Part shown: piece after piece, positions 8,780-18,582 of the stretch
Layout: every line of letters begins with the position of its first letter
Position numbering within the stretch: the stretch's first letter is position 1
Origin: a virus
Length of the DNA: 64,000 nucleotides
Direction: 5' to 3' (one strand)
IMG/VR virus record: IMGVR_UViG_3300022602_000051
Span: 1 to 64,000 of that record
Notes under the pieces: model-generated
Seen by the model: the letters and a program-made list of their open reading frames with translations, nothing else
Databases searched by the model: none
What the model was told of the DNA's origin: nothing
Made by a program: the position numbers and the translations under genes

Positions 8780-9979
8780 TTATTGGAATGAAAGGTTGCT
8801 TACTGCGATTTCACTTAGGTAGTCAGCAGCATTACCGAAGCTGCTTGCTACGTTAGTGAGTTCGATGTAACCATAACGAGTCATAAAGCCAACAACTGGT
8901 TCGAATGTTGATGGATCAAGGATCACACCAGATGACATTAGAGGGATGTATGGGCAATAGAACGCTGCTGCGTCTGCTTCACTTGTACCTTTGTAACCAA
9001 CTAGAACTGGAATAGTGTCAGTTGCATAGCTGTCAACATAGATACGCATTGCACCGTTGAGAGTACCAACAAACTTAGTGTTAGTTGGGGCTTCAAAAGC
9101 ACCTTCTGTAGTGCGAGCAAATGCAGAAGTTGTTGCAGACTGAAGAACAGTCAATGCAGCACTTGAAACAACTGCCCAGTTACCTGCACCACGACGAGTG
9201 CGTTGTGCAATTAGGTTAGCAGCACGATTGATAAGAACAGCTAGAGCAGCATGTTCGTCACCAACGAATGTTGCAGTACCACTTACAGTAGCTTGGTTGT
9301 ATGTGAATTCACTTGCAGCAAGTGAACGTAGGCTGTAAAGGATTTCTTGATCGATTTCAGCAGTGATTTCTTGAGCAAGAGCAGCCATGATTTCTGCTTC
9401 AATGTCAAGACCATGCATTGCTTGAGCGTCTTGAGCAGCTTCAAAAGTCCAACGTGCGCTAAGCTTACGAGTCTTAGCTTCAACTGGTTGCTTTAGAATC
9501 TGGACGTTCAAACGACGACCTGGTGTACCTTCGAGTGCAGCAGTTAGACCAGCACGACCGTCAGCACTATTAGTGCCAGGAGCAGCACCTGAATAACCAC
9601 TTGCAATCTTGAATGGTGAAAGTGCTTCATCATTGATGTTTGAACCTGTACCAAACTGACCTGTACCATTGCTTGTGAACTGGTCTGCATAACGAACACG
9701 TAGAGTGTGAATTTGTGCGACTGGACCAGTCATTGGTTGAACACCAACGATTTCGTTGGCGATAACTGTTGGCATAACACGACGGATAACAGGTAGGATA
9801 ACACGGTTAAGTGTTGCTACGTTACCAGCAGCAGTACCACCTGCTGTTGCGTTTTCTGCCAAATACTTACGAGTATTTTCGAGCACCATGCTCATTGTTG
9901 TACGACGATTACCGCTTAGACCTTCCAACAGGGCTGTCTTGGTTTCGTCCCAACGGCTTTCAATTAGTTCTTGTGACAT
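8780..9979 (-). CDS. gp23: Major capsid protein (T4 gp23-like)
   Basis: VRRVMPTVIANEIVGVQPMTGP-type motif, AKTRKLSARWTFEAAQD, EITAEIDQEI, FYCPYIPL, MTRYG. Confidence 0.96.
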   Translation of the reverse strand: MSQELIESRWDETKTALLEGLSGNRRTTMSMVLENTRKYLAENATAGGTAAGNVATLNRVILPVIRRVMPTVIANEIVGVQPMTGPVAQIHTLRVRYADQFTSNGTGQFGTGSNINDEALSPFKIASGYSGAAPGTNSADGRAGLTAALEGTPGRRLNVQILKQPVEAKTRKLSARWTFEAAQDAQAMHGLDIEAEIMAALAQEITAEIDQEILYSLRSLAASEFTYNQATVSGTATFVGDEHAALAVLINRAANLIAQRTRRGAGNWAVVSSAALTVLQSATTSAFARTTEGAFEAPTNTKFVGTLNGAMRIYVDSYATDTIPVLVGYKGTSEADAAAFYCPYIPLMSSGVILDPSTFEPVVGFMTRYGYIELTNVASSFGNAADYLSEIAVSNLSFQ

Positions 9980-10004
9980 AGGGTCTTCTCCAATTTAATT
10001 TGTA

Positions 10005-11102
10005 TTACTTTACCAGACCAGCAAGACGCTTCATTTCAATAATGTTTGAAGATTCTTTTTGTTCTGTTTTTACAGCACGGTCACCTGTAATTTCTGTTTT
10101 GCTTTCAACGATAGTCTTTTTAGTTTCTACCTTTGGTGCATTACCTTCCATTACTGGGTTTAAGTACTTTTTGTATGCTGCGTCGAGTTTATCTGTTGGG
10201 ACTGATTCCAGCAGTTGTGACATCACAGCGGCTTTGTCCTTGCTAAGTGGACCTAGCAATTCATTGAGTTTTCCGTTACGTGCAATAGATTCATTGATTT
10301 TACGGATTTCTACTTCTTTAGCCTTAACTTCAGTCAACGCACGTTCTTGAGCATCACGAGCCTCGCTAAGTTGATTTGCCATTGCAGAAATCTTGTTAGT
10401 GAGTTTTTTGATGTCTGCGCGTTCGTTAAGGTAGCTTGCGCCAAACTCAGTTGCAAAAGCTTCAAAAATCTTACGACCGAAGTTGTTTTCCTTTGCTTCC
10501 TGAATATCTGTCTTGAGTTGGTTTAATTCTGTACGTAGATGATTTGTAACTGTGCTTTCTACCAAACTACTTGCCTTCTTGACAAAACTGTCACGAAGAG
10601 TTTCAAGCTTCTTGCGACCTTCGGTAACAACTGCTACCTTAGTTGCTGCAAGATCAGCCTTGTCTGCTGCAAATTCTGCAATTTCAGCTTGTAGGTTTTC
10701 AGCAACGAAAGCTTCCAACTTTGAAATTGTTTTTTGCATATTAGCACGATCACTACGAAGTTCAGCAACTTCACTTGCAAGTGATTCACTAAGATAAGAA
10801 TCAAAATTCTTAGCCTTTTGCATCATTTGCTGTGTGAACTTTACACGGTCTTCGCTAACCATTTCACGTTCAGCCTTAATCTTTTCGAGTTCGGCTGTTA
10901 GTGATTCGTTAACCATCTTGTCCAGAGCCTCAACCATATTAGCACGGTCGTGTTGATAACGACTTGCCATTTCTTCACGGATTTCATTACGAATTTCACC
11001 ACGTGCTTCTTCTAGCTTAGCATTCCATGCTTCTTCTAGTGTCTTACGAGTGTCTTCGTTCAGAAGTCCGCTTTCTAGTAATGGTTTTAGAGCTTCGAAC
11101 AT
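10005..11102 (-). CDS. gp22: Prohead core scaffold protein (gp22-like)
   Basis: Long charged coiled coil between protease and capsid genes; GGAG RBS. Confidence 0.8.
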   Translation of the reverse strand: MFEALKPLLESGLLNEDTRKTLEEAWNAKLEEARGEIRNEIREEMASRYQHDRANMVEALDKMVNESLTAELEKIKAEREMVSEDRVKFTQQMMQKAKNFDSYLSESLASEVAELRSDRANMQKTISKLEAFVAENLQAEIAEFAADKADLAATKVAVVTEGRKKLETLRDSFVKKASSLVESTVTNHLRTELNQLKTDIQEAKENNFGRKIFEAFATEFGASYLNERADIKKLTNKISAMANQLSEARDAQERALTEVKAKEVEIRKINESIARNGKLNELLGPLSKDKAAVMSQLLESVPTDKLDAAYKKYLNPVMEGNAPKVETKKTIVESKTEITGDRAVKTEQKESSNIIEMKRLAGLVK

Positions 11103-11117
11103 TAATTTCTCCTGAAC

Positions 11118-11744
11118 TTATATCTTTAATTCAGCAATAAACTTTGCAACTTCTTGTTGCAAGTATTTCTGAACTCGTTGATCTTGATTTAAATCTTTAG
11201 CCATTTCCAGTATACGATGTCCACCCTTCATATTCATCAGTCCTTCATAGACTGCAGTTGGGTAGGCATTAGGTGCACTGGGTTGTGCTACAATATCAAC
11301 AGTAACGATATCAAAATCGCTTACTGCGCCGTCATGTTCATTCACATTACCTGATCCACGACTGCTTACTCCTAGTTTTACACCACTTTCTAACATGGTG
11401 CGAACTAAATTGCCCATTGGTGTAGGCAAAATCTTCATCTTTCCATAACCGTTTGGTCCATCTAACCACATTTCTGTAATCATGTGACTAACACGGTCAA
11501 GATTGATGCGTAGGTTAGTTGGGTGATCTACTTCACCCAACACACTATAACCTGTCTTAATTTGCTTATTAAGTGTTTCAATAGCACGATTGATTTCAGT
11601 AATAGGATAAACACGCTGATTAGCGTTCTTCACACCACCTTGGATGCAAATTCCCTTGAGGTAAAGGTTTTTGCCTTCACCATCGTGGGTCATTTCCATT
11701 TTAGCCTGATCGTAACTAAGATTCTCGATAAGCAAGTTATTCAT
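11118..11744 (-). CDS. gp21: Prohead protease (gp21-like)
   Basis: KNANQRVYP, LGEVDHP, RVSH, GVSSRGSG, DIVAQPSAP. Confidence 0.95.
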   Translation of the reverse strand: MNNLLIENLSYDQAKMEMTHDGEGKNLYLKGICIQGGVKNANQRVYPITEINRAIETLNKQIKTGYSVLGEVDHPTNLRINLDRVSHMITEMWLDGPNGYGKMKILPTPMGNLVRTMLESGVKLGVSSRGSGNVNEHDGAVSDFDIVTVDIVAQPSAPNAYPTAVYEGLMNMKGGHRILEMAKDLNQDQRVQKYLQQEVAKFIAELKI

Positions 11745-11755
11745 TTTTTTTCCTA

Positions 11756-12592
11756 TTAGCGAGGTAGATTATCACGCTTGTTTACGTTTACACCACCGCC
11801 AGTTGCAAAGCGACCGTCACCAGTCATTACAGGCTTCTTAGCATTTGAGAAACCTTTCTTGCCAGCATCTTGGCCAGGTGTATTCATGAACTTGTCAGCG
11901 CCTGGAACTTTACCTTCGCCCTTGCTATATTCGTTCTTTGGACCCTTGTAAGCTTTACCATCTGGGTCTTCATTGCGTTCACCTTGTGCAAGGTTCTTTG
12001 CTGTGCCGCCCATATCATTCTTGCTTGCTACAATACCTTTTGTATTGGTGCTGCTTGGATATGAATTAGTTGAGCCAACTGGTTGACCTTCGCTGTTGCT
12101 TGGTGCTGAAACCTTTTCAACATATTCACGAACAACGCCTTCATCAGCATGGTCTTGATGCTCTGGTTCTTCTTTTTCTTGAGCCATTAGCTTTTCAAAC
12201 TCTGCCTTAAGTTCATCAAGTGCATCTTCAAGGTCCATAACGCGATCTTCTACATCGCCTTCGCCACCTTCATGATCACCCATGTCCATGTCGTCATGGT
12301 CCATATCCATGTCATCACCTTCGTGATCCATGCCATCATGGTCAGCTTCAATGTCATGCATCATGTCATCAGTCTGGTCCATGCTCATTTCATCGCCAGC
12401 TTCGTCCATGCCATGGTCATAGTTTTCTTCCATGTCTTCTGTTTCTTCAATTTCTTCGTCCATTTCTTCTGCAACGATTTGGTTGTAGATGTCACGGCTC
12501 TTGGATACTACAAGGTTATGAAATAATTCTTTTGCCTTGTCTGTTTCATCATTAATGATGTATTCAATTAGTTGTTCGTACTGACTACGCAT
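11756..12592 (-). CDS. Acidic prohead core/internal head protein
   Basis: D/E/M/H-rich; lies between portal and protease where T4 has gp67/gp68; TAAATA at 12627-12632 and AGGAG RBS. Confidence 0.6.
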   Translation of the reverse strand: MRSQYEQLIEYIINDETDKAKELFHNLVVSKSRDIYNQIVAEEMDEEIEETEDMEENYDHGMDEAGDEMSMDQTDDMMHDIEADHDGMDHEGDDMDMDHDDMDMGDHEGGEGDVEDRVMDLEDALDELKAEFEKLMAQEKEEPEHQDHADEGVVREYVEKVSAPSNSEGQPVGSTNSYPSSTNTKGIVASKNDMGGTAKNLAQGERNEDPDGKAYKGPKNEYSKGEGKVPGADKFMNTPGQDAGKKGFSNAKKPVMTGDGRFATGGGVNVNKRDNLPR

Positions 12593-12685
12593 TTAAAAAC
12601 TCCTGTGGAATTATATCCTGTGTTATTATTTAATGTATGGATTTAAATAGTGCCTCAAATAGCCTAATTTTGACGATTTTGTGAA

Positions 12686-12907
12686 TTATAAACCTGGTTG
12701 AGCAGGCGGTGCACCATATTGAACACGAACTTGTTTCATTTTTTCTACATATTCGACCGTTCGTTGGTCATTCATTTTGCGAAGTTGATTTATCTGTGCA
12801 AGTGTTAAGCGAGTTTTACGCAAATCTTTTGGCTTCTCTACACTATTATCTTGTGAGAGGTCTTGATAGGCTCCATTATTTGCATTAAACATTTCACTTA
12901 AAAACAT
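12686..12907 (-). CDS. Small head-module hypothetical protein
   Basis: GGAG RBS, TAAATA at 12922-12927, position downstream of portal. Confidence 0.7.
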   Translation of the reverse strand: MFLSEMFNANNGAYQDLSQDNSVEKPKDLRKTRLTLAQINQLRKMNDQRTVEYVEKMKQVRVQYGAPPAQPGL

Positions 12908-12930
12908 GCTGACTCCACATTTATTTAGGA

Positions 12931-14718
12931 TTATGCGCCAGCAAATGGTGAACCCGCTGTGGAACCACCAGCAGCACCGCCACCAGCACCACCAGTTTGG
13001 CTTGGAACACCAGCAGCACCAATCTCACCAGGCACTGCTGTTGGAGGTGGTCCACCAGGTGCACCAGCTTGGTTAGCAGCTTGAATATCACTAACCGTTT
13101 CTAAATCAGTGCCAATAGCACCAGGTGTAACACCAACACTGCGCAAATCGCTGCCCTGAATATTGCTTTTTGGCTCTTCTGTGCCACGCTCTTCATGCCA
13201 CATGCGGTCATTTTCAGCCATTTCAACTTCACTAAGACCAAGATATTTTTTAAGCATAAAGCGTTTTGACAAATATTCAGTCTGTTGCATTTGAGTAAAT
13301 GCACTAATACGACCAGCGTTAAGTTCAATTTCACGATATGAAGCAAAGTTTTGTGGTTCAGTAAAGCGCAATTCAAATAGGCTGTTGTCCAGATTAAACC
13401 CACGCCATTTTAAAAACAGCTTAAATTCACTATCAAACTTAGGTGAAATGTATTTTTGTAATCGTTTGCAGTATTCATTAAAACGATATTCTTGAATCAA
13501 TGCCGTTGTTACTTTTCCGTCTGTAAATGAACGGTCACTTTCTTCTGGACCTTGTGGTAGGTAACTGCTTGGAATACGCAAACTACGGAACATTTTGTTT
13601 TGGAAGTAACGCAAATCATCAATTTCACCAAGATTTTGACCGCCTGGCAGTGTATCTACACTACTACCACGACCTTCGGCTGTTGTTGGAAAAAAGTAAT
13701 CTTCGTTCATACTCATAGGACTATACGACGCATCCATGATATTTGAACCGCCGCCGTTTTGTGTTGGAATACGGCGTTGCCAAATTTCATTCTTAACACG
13801 CTCAACAAATTGCATAGCAAGATGCGCTGGCATATTACCAACATCAATCTTAAACACGCGGCGTTCTGGAGCACGACTAATACGATAGATTAGGATAGCA
13901 TCTTCAAGCAATTCTTTCTGCTTGAATACTTTAAACATTGCTTCAAATAGTGAAACACCAAATGGCCAGCTTACGTCAAGACCTTCGGTTAAACTTAAGT
14001 GCACAACATGTTCTGCTGCAACTGGAAACTCATTATTGCCAGCACCAAAGCGTGTATTTGGTGAGAATAATTCACCACCAGCAGTATAAGCACGAGAACC
14101 GCCCATATAAGGAGCAAATGCATAAGAGTCATTTGGACCTGGTGGACGAGTAATTGTATCATTTTGTAAGTTAGGATTCAAATCACGAATATAATAAATT
14201 TCAGGAACTTTACCCTGAGATTCATTAACAATGACTTTGGAAACACGATTCATTTCAGTCCAGTACCACTTATAGGTTTCTGGGTCACGAACAAATACTT
14301 GGTCACCATATTTCAACACATTGCGGAACATCTTAAAGATGCGTTGGTCAAAGTCATTTAGCTTTGTCCAAGCTTTAAGTTGTTCTTTAAGGATCATCAC
14401 TTCATTATCAGTAGCATCTTCATGGAAGTGAATATTAAAAGGAGTTTTTGTATCTTCACTTACCTGTGTGCAAAATTCACTTATAATGTCAAGTGCGCTA
14501 TTAGCTTCGCTATCTAAATCCATGTTTTCATATTGAGTATAACGGTCAATGCGGTTCGGATGACCACTATAAACATCTGGCAACATAGATTGATAATTGC
14601 GATATGCGGCATTTGCCTGTGAACCCAGATAGTTATAACTGCTATAATCGCTTACACTACCATTTACTGGTGAGTATGCCCCATCACTTACAATGCGCCA
14701 ATGTTTACGCCATGCCAT
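12931..14718 (-). CDS. gp20: Portal vertex protein (gp20-like)
   Basis: LLEDAILIYRISRAPERRVFKIDVGNMP, EDYFFP, TLPGGQNLGEIDD; start placed at ATG 14718 (GAGG upstream, TAAATA at 14738-14743). Confidence 0.95.
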   Translation of the reverse strand: MAWRKHWRIVSDGAYSPVNGSVSDYSSYNYLGSQANAAYRNYQSMLPDVYSGHPNRIDRYTQYENMDLDSEANSALDIISEFCTQVSEDTKTPFNIHFHEDATDNEVMILKEQLKAWTKLNDFDQRIFKMFRNVLKYGDQVFVRDPETYKWYWTEMNRVSKVIVNESQGKVPEIYYIRDLNPNLQNDTITRPPGPNDSYAFAPYMGGSRAYTAGGELFSPNTRFGAGNNEFPVAAEHVVHLSLTEGLDVSWPFGVSLFEAMFKVFKQKELLEDAILIYRISRAPERRVFKIDVGNMPAHLAMQFVERVKNEIWQRRIPTQNGGGSNIMDASYSPMSMNEDYFFPTTAEGRGSSVDTLPGGQNLGEIDDLRYFQNKMFRSLRIPSSYLPQGPEESDRSFTDGKVTTALIQEYRFNEYCKRLQKYISPKFDSEFKLFLKWRGFNLDNSLFELRFTEPQNFASYREIELNAGRISAFTQMQQTEYLSKRFMLKKYLGLSEVEMAENDRMWHEERGTEEPKSNIQGSDLRSVGVTPGAIGTDLETVSDIQAANQAGAPGGPPPTAVPGEIGAAGVPSQTGGAGGGAAGGSTAGSPFAGA

Positions 14719-14767
14719 ATTTCTAATCCTCGTCAAATATTTATGGATATATGTGCGGTTTTAATAA

Positions 14768-17125
14768 TTATGCAACACGCATGGATGTACGTTCTGTATA
14801 AGTTGCAACATCTTTGGTTGCATCAATTAGTTGATCTACTTTACTAATAAGCGTTTGCATTAAATCAGTTTGCTGATTCATTGGCGTGCTAATTGAATTA
14901 TCAATCATTTTATAAACTTCATCATTTTTAGAGTTATTAGAAGGATTTGAAGCTACATCCAATAACATATTAGTTAAATTTTCAGGAAGAATTGCTTCTG
15001 TTCCATGAAGTTTAGCCAGATAGCCAGTAGATGGACCACTTGCTATACCACCAAATTCGTGTCCAGTCATATTATTCCACACACTTGATAAACTGTCCGA
15101 AATTGCAGAACCTACATCTTTGCCAGCTTCATTGCCAAAATAAGCGCCTACAACAGCACCTAAAGCAGTTCCAATCGCACCGCCGATGGCTGTTCCCACA
15201 ACTGGAACGACAGAACCAATAGCAGCACCTGCTAAAGCACCACCTTCTGCACCAGCAACCAACCCACCAGCCGTTCCAAGTACACTACCTGCTTCTGTTC
15301 CTATTGGATTGCCGTGTTCACGTCTTGACCTTTCCGCTGGTGTTCCTATATTATCTTTTATGAAGTCAATTAGTGATCCTGTACCATTGATTAGATTTAT
15401 TGTTTTATCGTTAAGAAGTTTTACTCCTTCAGCATATGTAGAAAGAGCATCTTTTGTAGCATTTTCTTGTGCAATAAAAGCATCAGTGGTTTGCTTTTCA
15501 AGTGCTATGAGCGCATTAGTTTCCTCACCTAAATTTGCAGTAGCAGCAGCTAAGTTATTAGCTTTTGCTCTTTCATAATCTGCTTCGGTTCTATTTGCAG
15601 TGGCTAAAGTTTGGTCAAACCCATCAGCAATTTTTGAAGCCGCTGCTGCTATATCGCCACCAGCTTTAATTGCACCTGTGGCAAAATCATCTAAATTACT
15701 TTTTTGCAGTGCTGCTGCCTTTGAAGCACCTTGATCAATATCTGCGATAGCTTCAACACTGCTTTTGCCAGAAGCAAGCAATTGAAATATTTGTTGTGAA
15801 CTTTCTGCATAAGCAGGAATTTGATCTCCAATAATGCCAGCAACACTGTCACTTATATTTCCAAATCCTACGATGCGACTTTTTACAAGTTCTAATTCAT
15901 CTGCTGGCAATGCTGCCAACATGTTTTTAACTGCTGCTCGCTGTTCTGCTGGCACATTTTTATTCAAGAATTCTCTAAATTTTAAATCTTTAAATTCCGC
16001 ATCTGCTTTTTGTTGTAGAGTTTTTGCATCCTGTCCTGTTAAATCAGCAATCAATCGCAAATTTTTTGCATAATCTTGAACAGCTTGTGCTACTTGTTGA
16101 TTAGAAGCACCGCCTACTGCACGAGATGCTTCTGCACCTACTTTTGCAATAATGCCTGGTATTTCATTGATAGAATAGCCTAATTGTAAAAAAGAATTGC
16201 GATAATCGCCACCTAAATTTTTTGACATTTGCTGAGTAATTGCAACAAATCGTCGTCCACCATTGGTAACATCACCGCCTAATGCGACAAAATCAGCACT
16301 AAATTCTTTTAAACCTTTTGCAAAATCTTCTGTTCCTAAACCAGCAGCATGTGCACTTTCACGTAATTCTGTAATTCCGCCAGTAAAAAGTGCGCCTGCG
16401 CTTGCTGCTTCATGAAAACCTTTTGACATGTTTTCAATGTTTCGGTTCAGTATAGGCATAATATTATTAGCAAAAAAACCTATAGCCTCGCCTGCTGCTT
16501 TGCTAACACCGCTTACTGCGCCTAAAGCAACAGCAAGTTCAGGTTGAACCAAAGCAAGTGTAACTGCCAAAGAACTTGCATTTTCCGAAACAAATTTAAA
16601 TGCATTTCCCACTAACTTTACTGTATCAGTGGCCATATTCAGAGCACCACTTATACCAGTAGAAGAAGTTGCAGCAGAATTAAATGAACTGGTTATAAGT
16701 GTTGCTGCGCCTTTAACAGATGAACCAAAAATTTGAACAATCTTTTCTGAAGTTGAATAAGTTCTTAAACTTTTTTCTATTACTTCATTTAATTTTTGTT
16801 CATTTGCAAATCTTTTTGTTATTTCTGCAACTGTGTTTCCGCCAGCCGTTTCAATTTCTTTAGCTACGTCATTAAATCTTTCCGTAACTTTTGCTACACC
16901 TTCATTATAGTCTTTTTCTTTAATTTTTTTATCTTTAAGTAATGTTAGTAAACGTTCTTCATCTGCTATACGTTTTCTTATGATAGCATCTTCTTTGTCA
17001 CTTAATGACTTACTATTAGTTTTTTCTATGGCTGCAGTGGCTTTTCTTTGCAAATCTTCAATATTTGCAAATCGCTTGCTTTGGTCTTCTAAAACTGTAA
17101 GCAGATCATCTAAAGTTGCAGCCAA
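14768..17125 (-). CDS. Tape-measure-like tail protein
   Basis: Ala-rich helical protein with glycine-zipper hydrophobic segment and C-terminal GGIASGP.TGY.A.LHGTEAILP motif; divergent from gp26-like gene; TTG start with GAGG RBS. Confidence 0.7.
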   Translation of the reverse strand: MAATLDDLLTVLEDQSKRFANIEDLQRKATAAIEKTNSKSLSDKEDAIIRKRIADEERLLTLLKDKKIKEKDYNEGVAKVTERFNDVAKEIETAGGNTVAEITKRFANEQKLNEVIEKSLRTYSTSEKIVQIFGSSVKGAATLITSSFNSAATSSTGISGALNMATDTVKLVGNAFKFVSENASSLAVTLALVQPELAVALGAVSGVSKAAGEAIGFFANNIMPILNRNIENMSKGFHEAASAGALFTGGITELRESAHAAGLGTEDFAKGLKEFSADFVALGGDVTNGGRRFVAITQQMSKNLGGDYRNSFLQLGYSINEIPGIIAKVGAEASRAVGGASNQQVAQAVQDYAKNLRLIADLTGQDAKTLQQKADAEFKDLKFREFLNKNVPAEQRAAVKNMLAALPADELELVKSRIVGFGNISDSVAGIIGDQIPAYAESSQQIFQLLASGKSSVEAIADIDQGASKAAALQKSNLDDFATGAIKAGGDIAAAASKIADGFDQTLATANRTEADYERAKANNLAAATANLGEETNALIALEKQTTDAFIAQENATKDALSTYAEGVKLLNDKTINLINGTGSLIDFIKDNIGTPAERSRREHGNPIGTEAGSVLGTAGGLVAGAEGGALAGAAIGSVVPVVGTAIGGAIGTALGAVVGAYFGNEAGKDVGSAISDSLSSVWNNMTGHEFGGIASGPSTGYLAKLHGTEAILPENLTNMLLDVASNPSNNSKNDEVYKMIDNSISTPMNQQTDLMQTLISKVDQLIDATKDVATYTERTSMRVA

Positions 17126-17137
17126 TTTTTATACCTC

Positions 17138-17163
17138 TAAATAATTTTGTATAAATTTATTTA
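17138..17163. promoter_or_regulatory. Face-to-face pair of late promoters
   Basis: TAAATA (+) at 17138-17143 and TAAATA (-) at 17158-17163 within a 50-bp intergenic gap. Confidence 0.6.
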
Positions 17164-17175
17164 GGAATTAAAAAA

Positions 17176-18018
17176 ATGCAACAAACTAACCCTCTCAACA
17201 AACACTTTCGCCAACCTGCTATCTTTCTAAAATTACCAAGTGGGGGCAAGTATTGGGCACCTAATAGCATAGAATTGTCAGCAAACGGTGAAATTGGTGT
17301 AATGCCTATGACAACCAAAGATGAAATTTTGTTGCGTACACCAGATGCTCTTATGAATGGTCAAGGTGTAGTAGATGTAATTCAAAGTTGTGTACCTGCT
17401 ATTAAAAACGCATGGGCAATGCCAACTATTGATAGCGATGCCATCTTAATTGCAATCCGCATTGCAACATATGGTGACCAAATGGACATGGATAGCAAAT
17501 GTGTTCATTGTAATCATGAAAACCGTCACGGACTACAACTTAGTCCAGTGTTATTATCGTTGCGTTCACCTGATTATAGCAAAACCTTAAATCACGATAA
17601 CCTTGTTTTTAAATTTAATCCGCTAAATTATATTCAAAGTACAAAAAATAACGTTTTGGCATTTGAACAACAAAAAATATTAGATTTAATCTCCACAGAA
17701 GATATTGATCCAGATGTTCGTAAAGCACAATTTGATATTCACTTGCAAAATATTATTGACAGTAATATCAATATTCTTACACTAAGCACCGAAAGTATTA
17801 AGACAGAGGAAGGAAGTTTAGTTACAGATAAACAATTTATTGCAGAATTTTACAATAATGCAAGCAATCGAACCATCAAAGTTATTCAAGAACATCTTAC
17901 TAAGCTAACAACAACTACAAAATTAAAACCGGCAAAAGTTCTATGCGAAAGCTGTGAAAAGGAATATAGTGTAGAATTTGGATTTGATTACTCAAATTTT
18001 TTAGAGCCACTATCCTAA
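17176..18018 (+). CDS. gp26: Baseplate hub assembly protein (gp26-like)
   Basis: LKLPSGG, PMTTKDEILL, D...ILIAIRIATYG, two CxxC motifs. Confidence 0.8.
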   Translation: MQQTNPLNKHFRQPAIFLKLPSGGKYWAPNSIELSANGEIGVMPMTTKDEILLRTPDALMNGQGVVDVIQSCVPAIKNAWAMPTIDSDAILIAIRIATYGDQMDMDSKCVHCNHENRHGLQLSPVLLSLRSPDYSKTLNHDNLVFKFNPLNYIQSTKNNVLAFEQQKILDLISTEDIDPDVRKAQFDIHLQNIIDSNINILTLSTESIKTEEGSLVTDKQFIAEFYNNASNRTIKVIQEHLTKLTTTTKLKPAKVLCESCEKEYSVEFGFDYSNFLEPLS

Positions 18019-18047
18019 AACTCAATAATGATGAGTTAATGGCTCTG
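17997..18047 (+). other. Candidate -1 ribosomal frameshift signal (T TTT TTA plus downstream stem-loop)
   Basis: In-frame X XXY YYZ heptamer at 17997-18003; -1 frame open from 17988 into ORF 18039; stems AGAGCCA/TGGCTCT and AACTCA/TGAGTT. Confidence 0.65.
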
Positions 18048-18233
18048 GTGGAGGATTACGAAAGACAAGTTCGTAGTATAAAACAAAATATACTTAAAAT
18101 GTGCTGGTTTATGCGTGGTGGAGTAACTTATAGTGAACTCATGGAAATGAGTGTTCAAGAGCGGAACATTATTGGTAAGATCGTTGAAGAGAACTTAGAA
18201 ACTACTAAGAAATCAGGTATGGCTTTCTTTTAA
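18039..18233 (+). CDS. gp51-like baseplate assembly protein, probably the frameshift extension of the gp26-like gene
   Basis: MCWFMRGGVTYSELMEMSVQER motif; follows gp26-like gene; no good RBS. Confidence 0.7.
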   Translation: MALVEDYERQVRSIKQNILKMCWFMRGGVTYSELMEMSVQERNIIGKIVEENLETTKKSGMAFF

Positions 18234-18514
18234 TTCAATTTTATTAATAATAAGCAGTAAATTGTCAAAATAATGGATAAACCTATATAAAAAAATGATT
18301 GAATTGAAATTGATGCATAAAGCAATGGAAAGGCTACAAAGAAACCCAATAAGTAACCAACAGCTTTGCCTGGCATACTATAAGAATTATTCGTAATTCC
18401 TAAATGTTCATTTTGTTTTTCTATTGCTACTGCTTGACGTTTTAATAATTCTGCTTTTTCACAATCTGGACAACGCCAAGAGAACTTTGTTCCGTGATAC
18501 ACGCACGTTAGCAT
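18230..18514 (-). CDS. Small membrane protein with N-terminal CxxH/CxxC motif
   Basis: CVYHG...CPDC followed by two hydrophobic helices; AAGGA RBS; own sigma70-like promoter. Confidence 0.65.
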   Translation of the reverse strand: MLTCVYHGTKFSWRCPDCEKAELLKRQAVAIEKQNEHLGITNNSYSMPGKAVGYLLGFFVAFPLLYASISIQSFFYIGLSIILTIYCLLLIKLN

Positions 18515-18534
18515 TTATTTCTTTCCTTATGATT

Positions 18535-18565
18535 ATTATATTACCACTTTTATTTTAAATGTCAA
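18535..18565 (-). promoter_or_regulatory. Sigma70-type (early) promoter
   Basis: TTGACA at 18565-18560, then TAATAT (N16) or TATAAT (N19). Confidence 0.6.
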
Positions 18566-18582
18566 GTGGTTACTATATAAGA

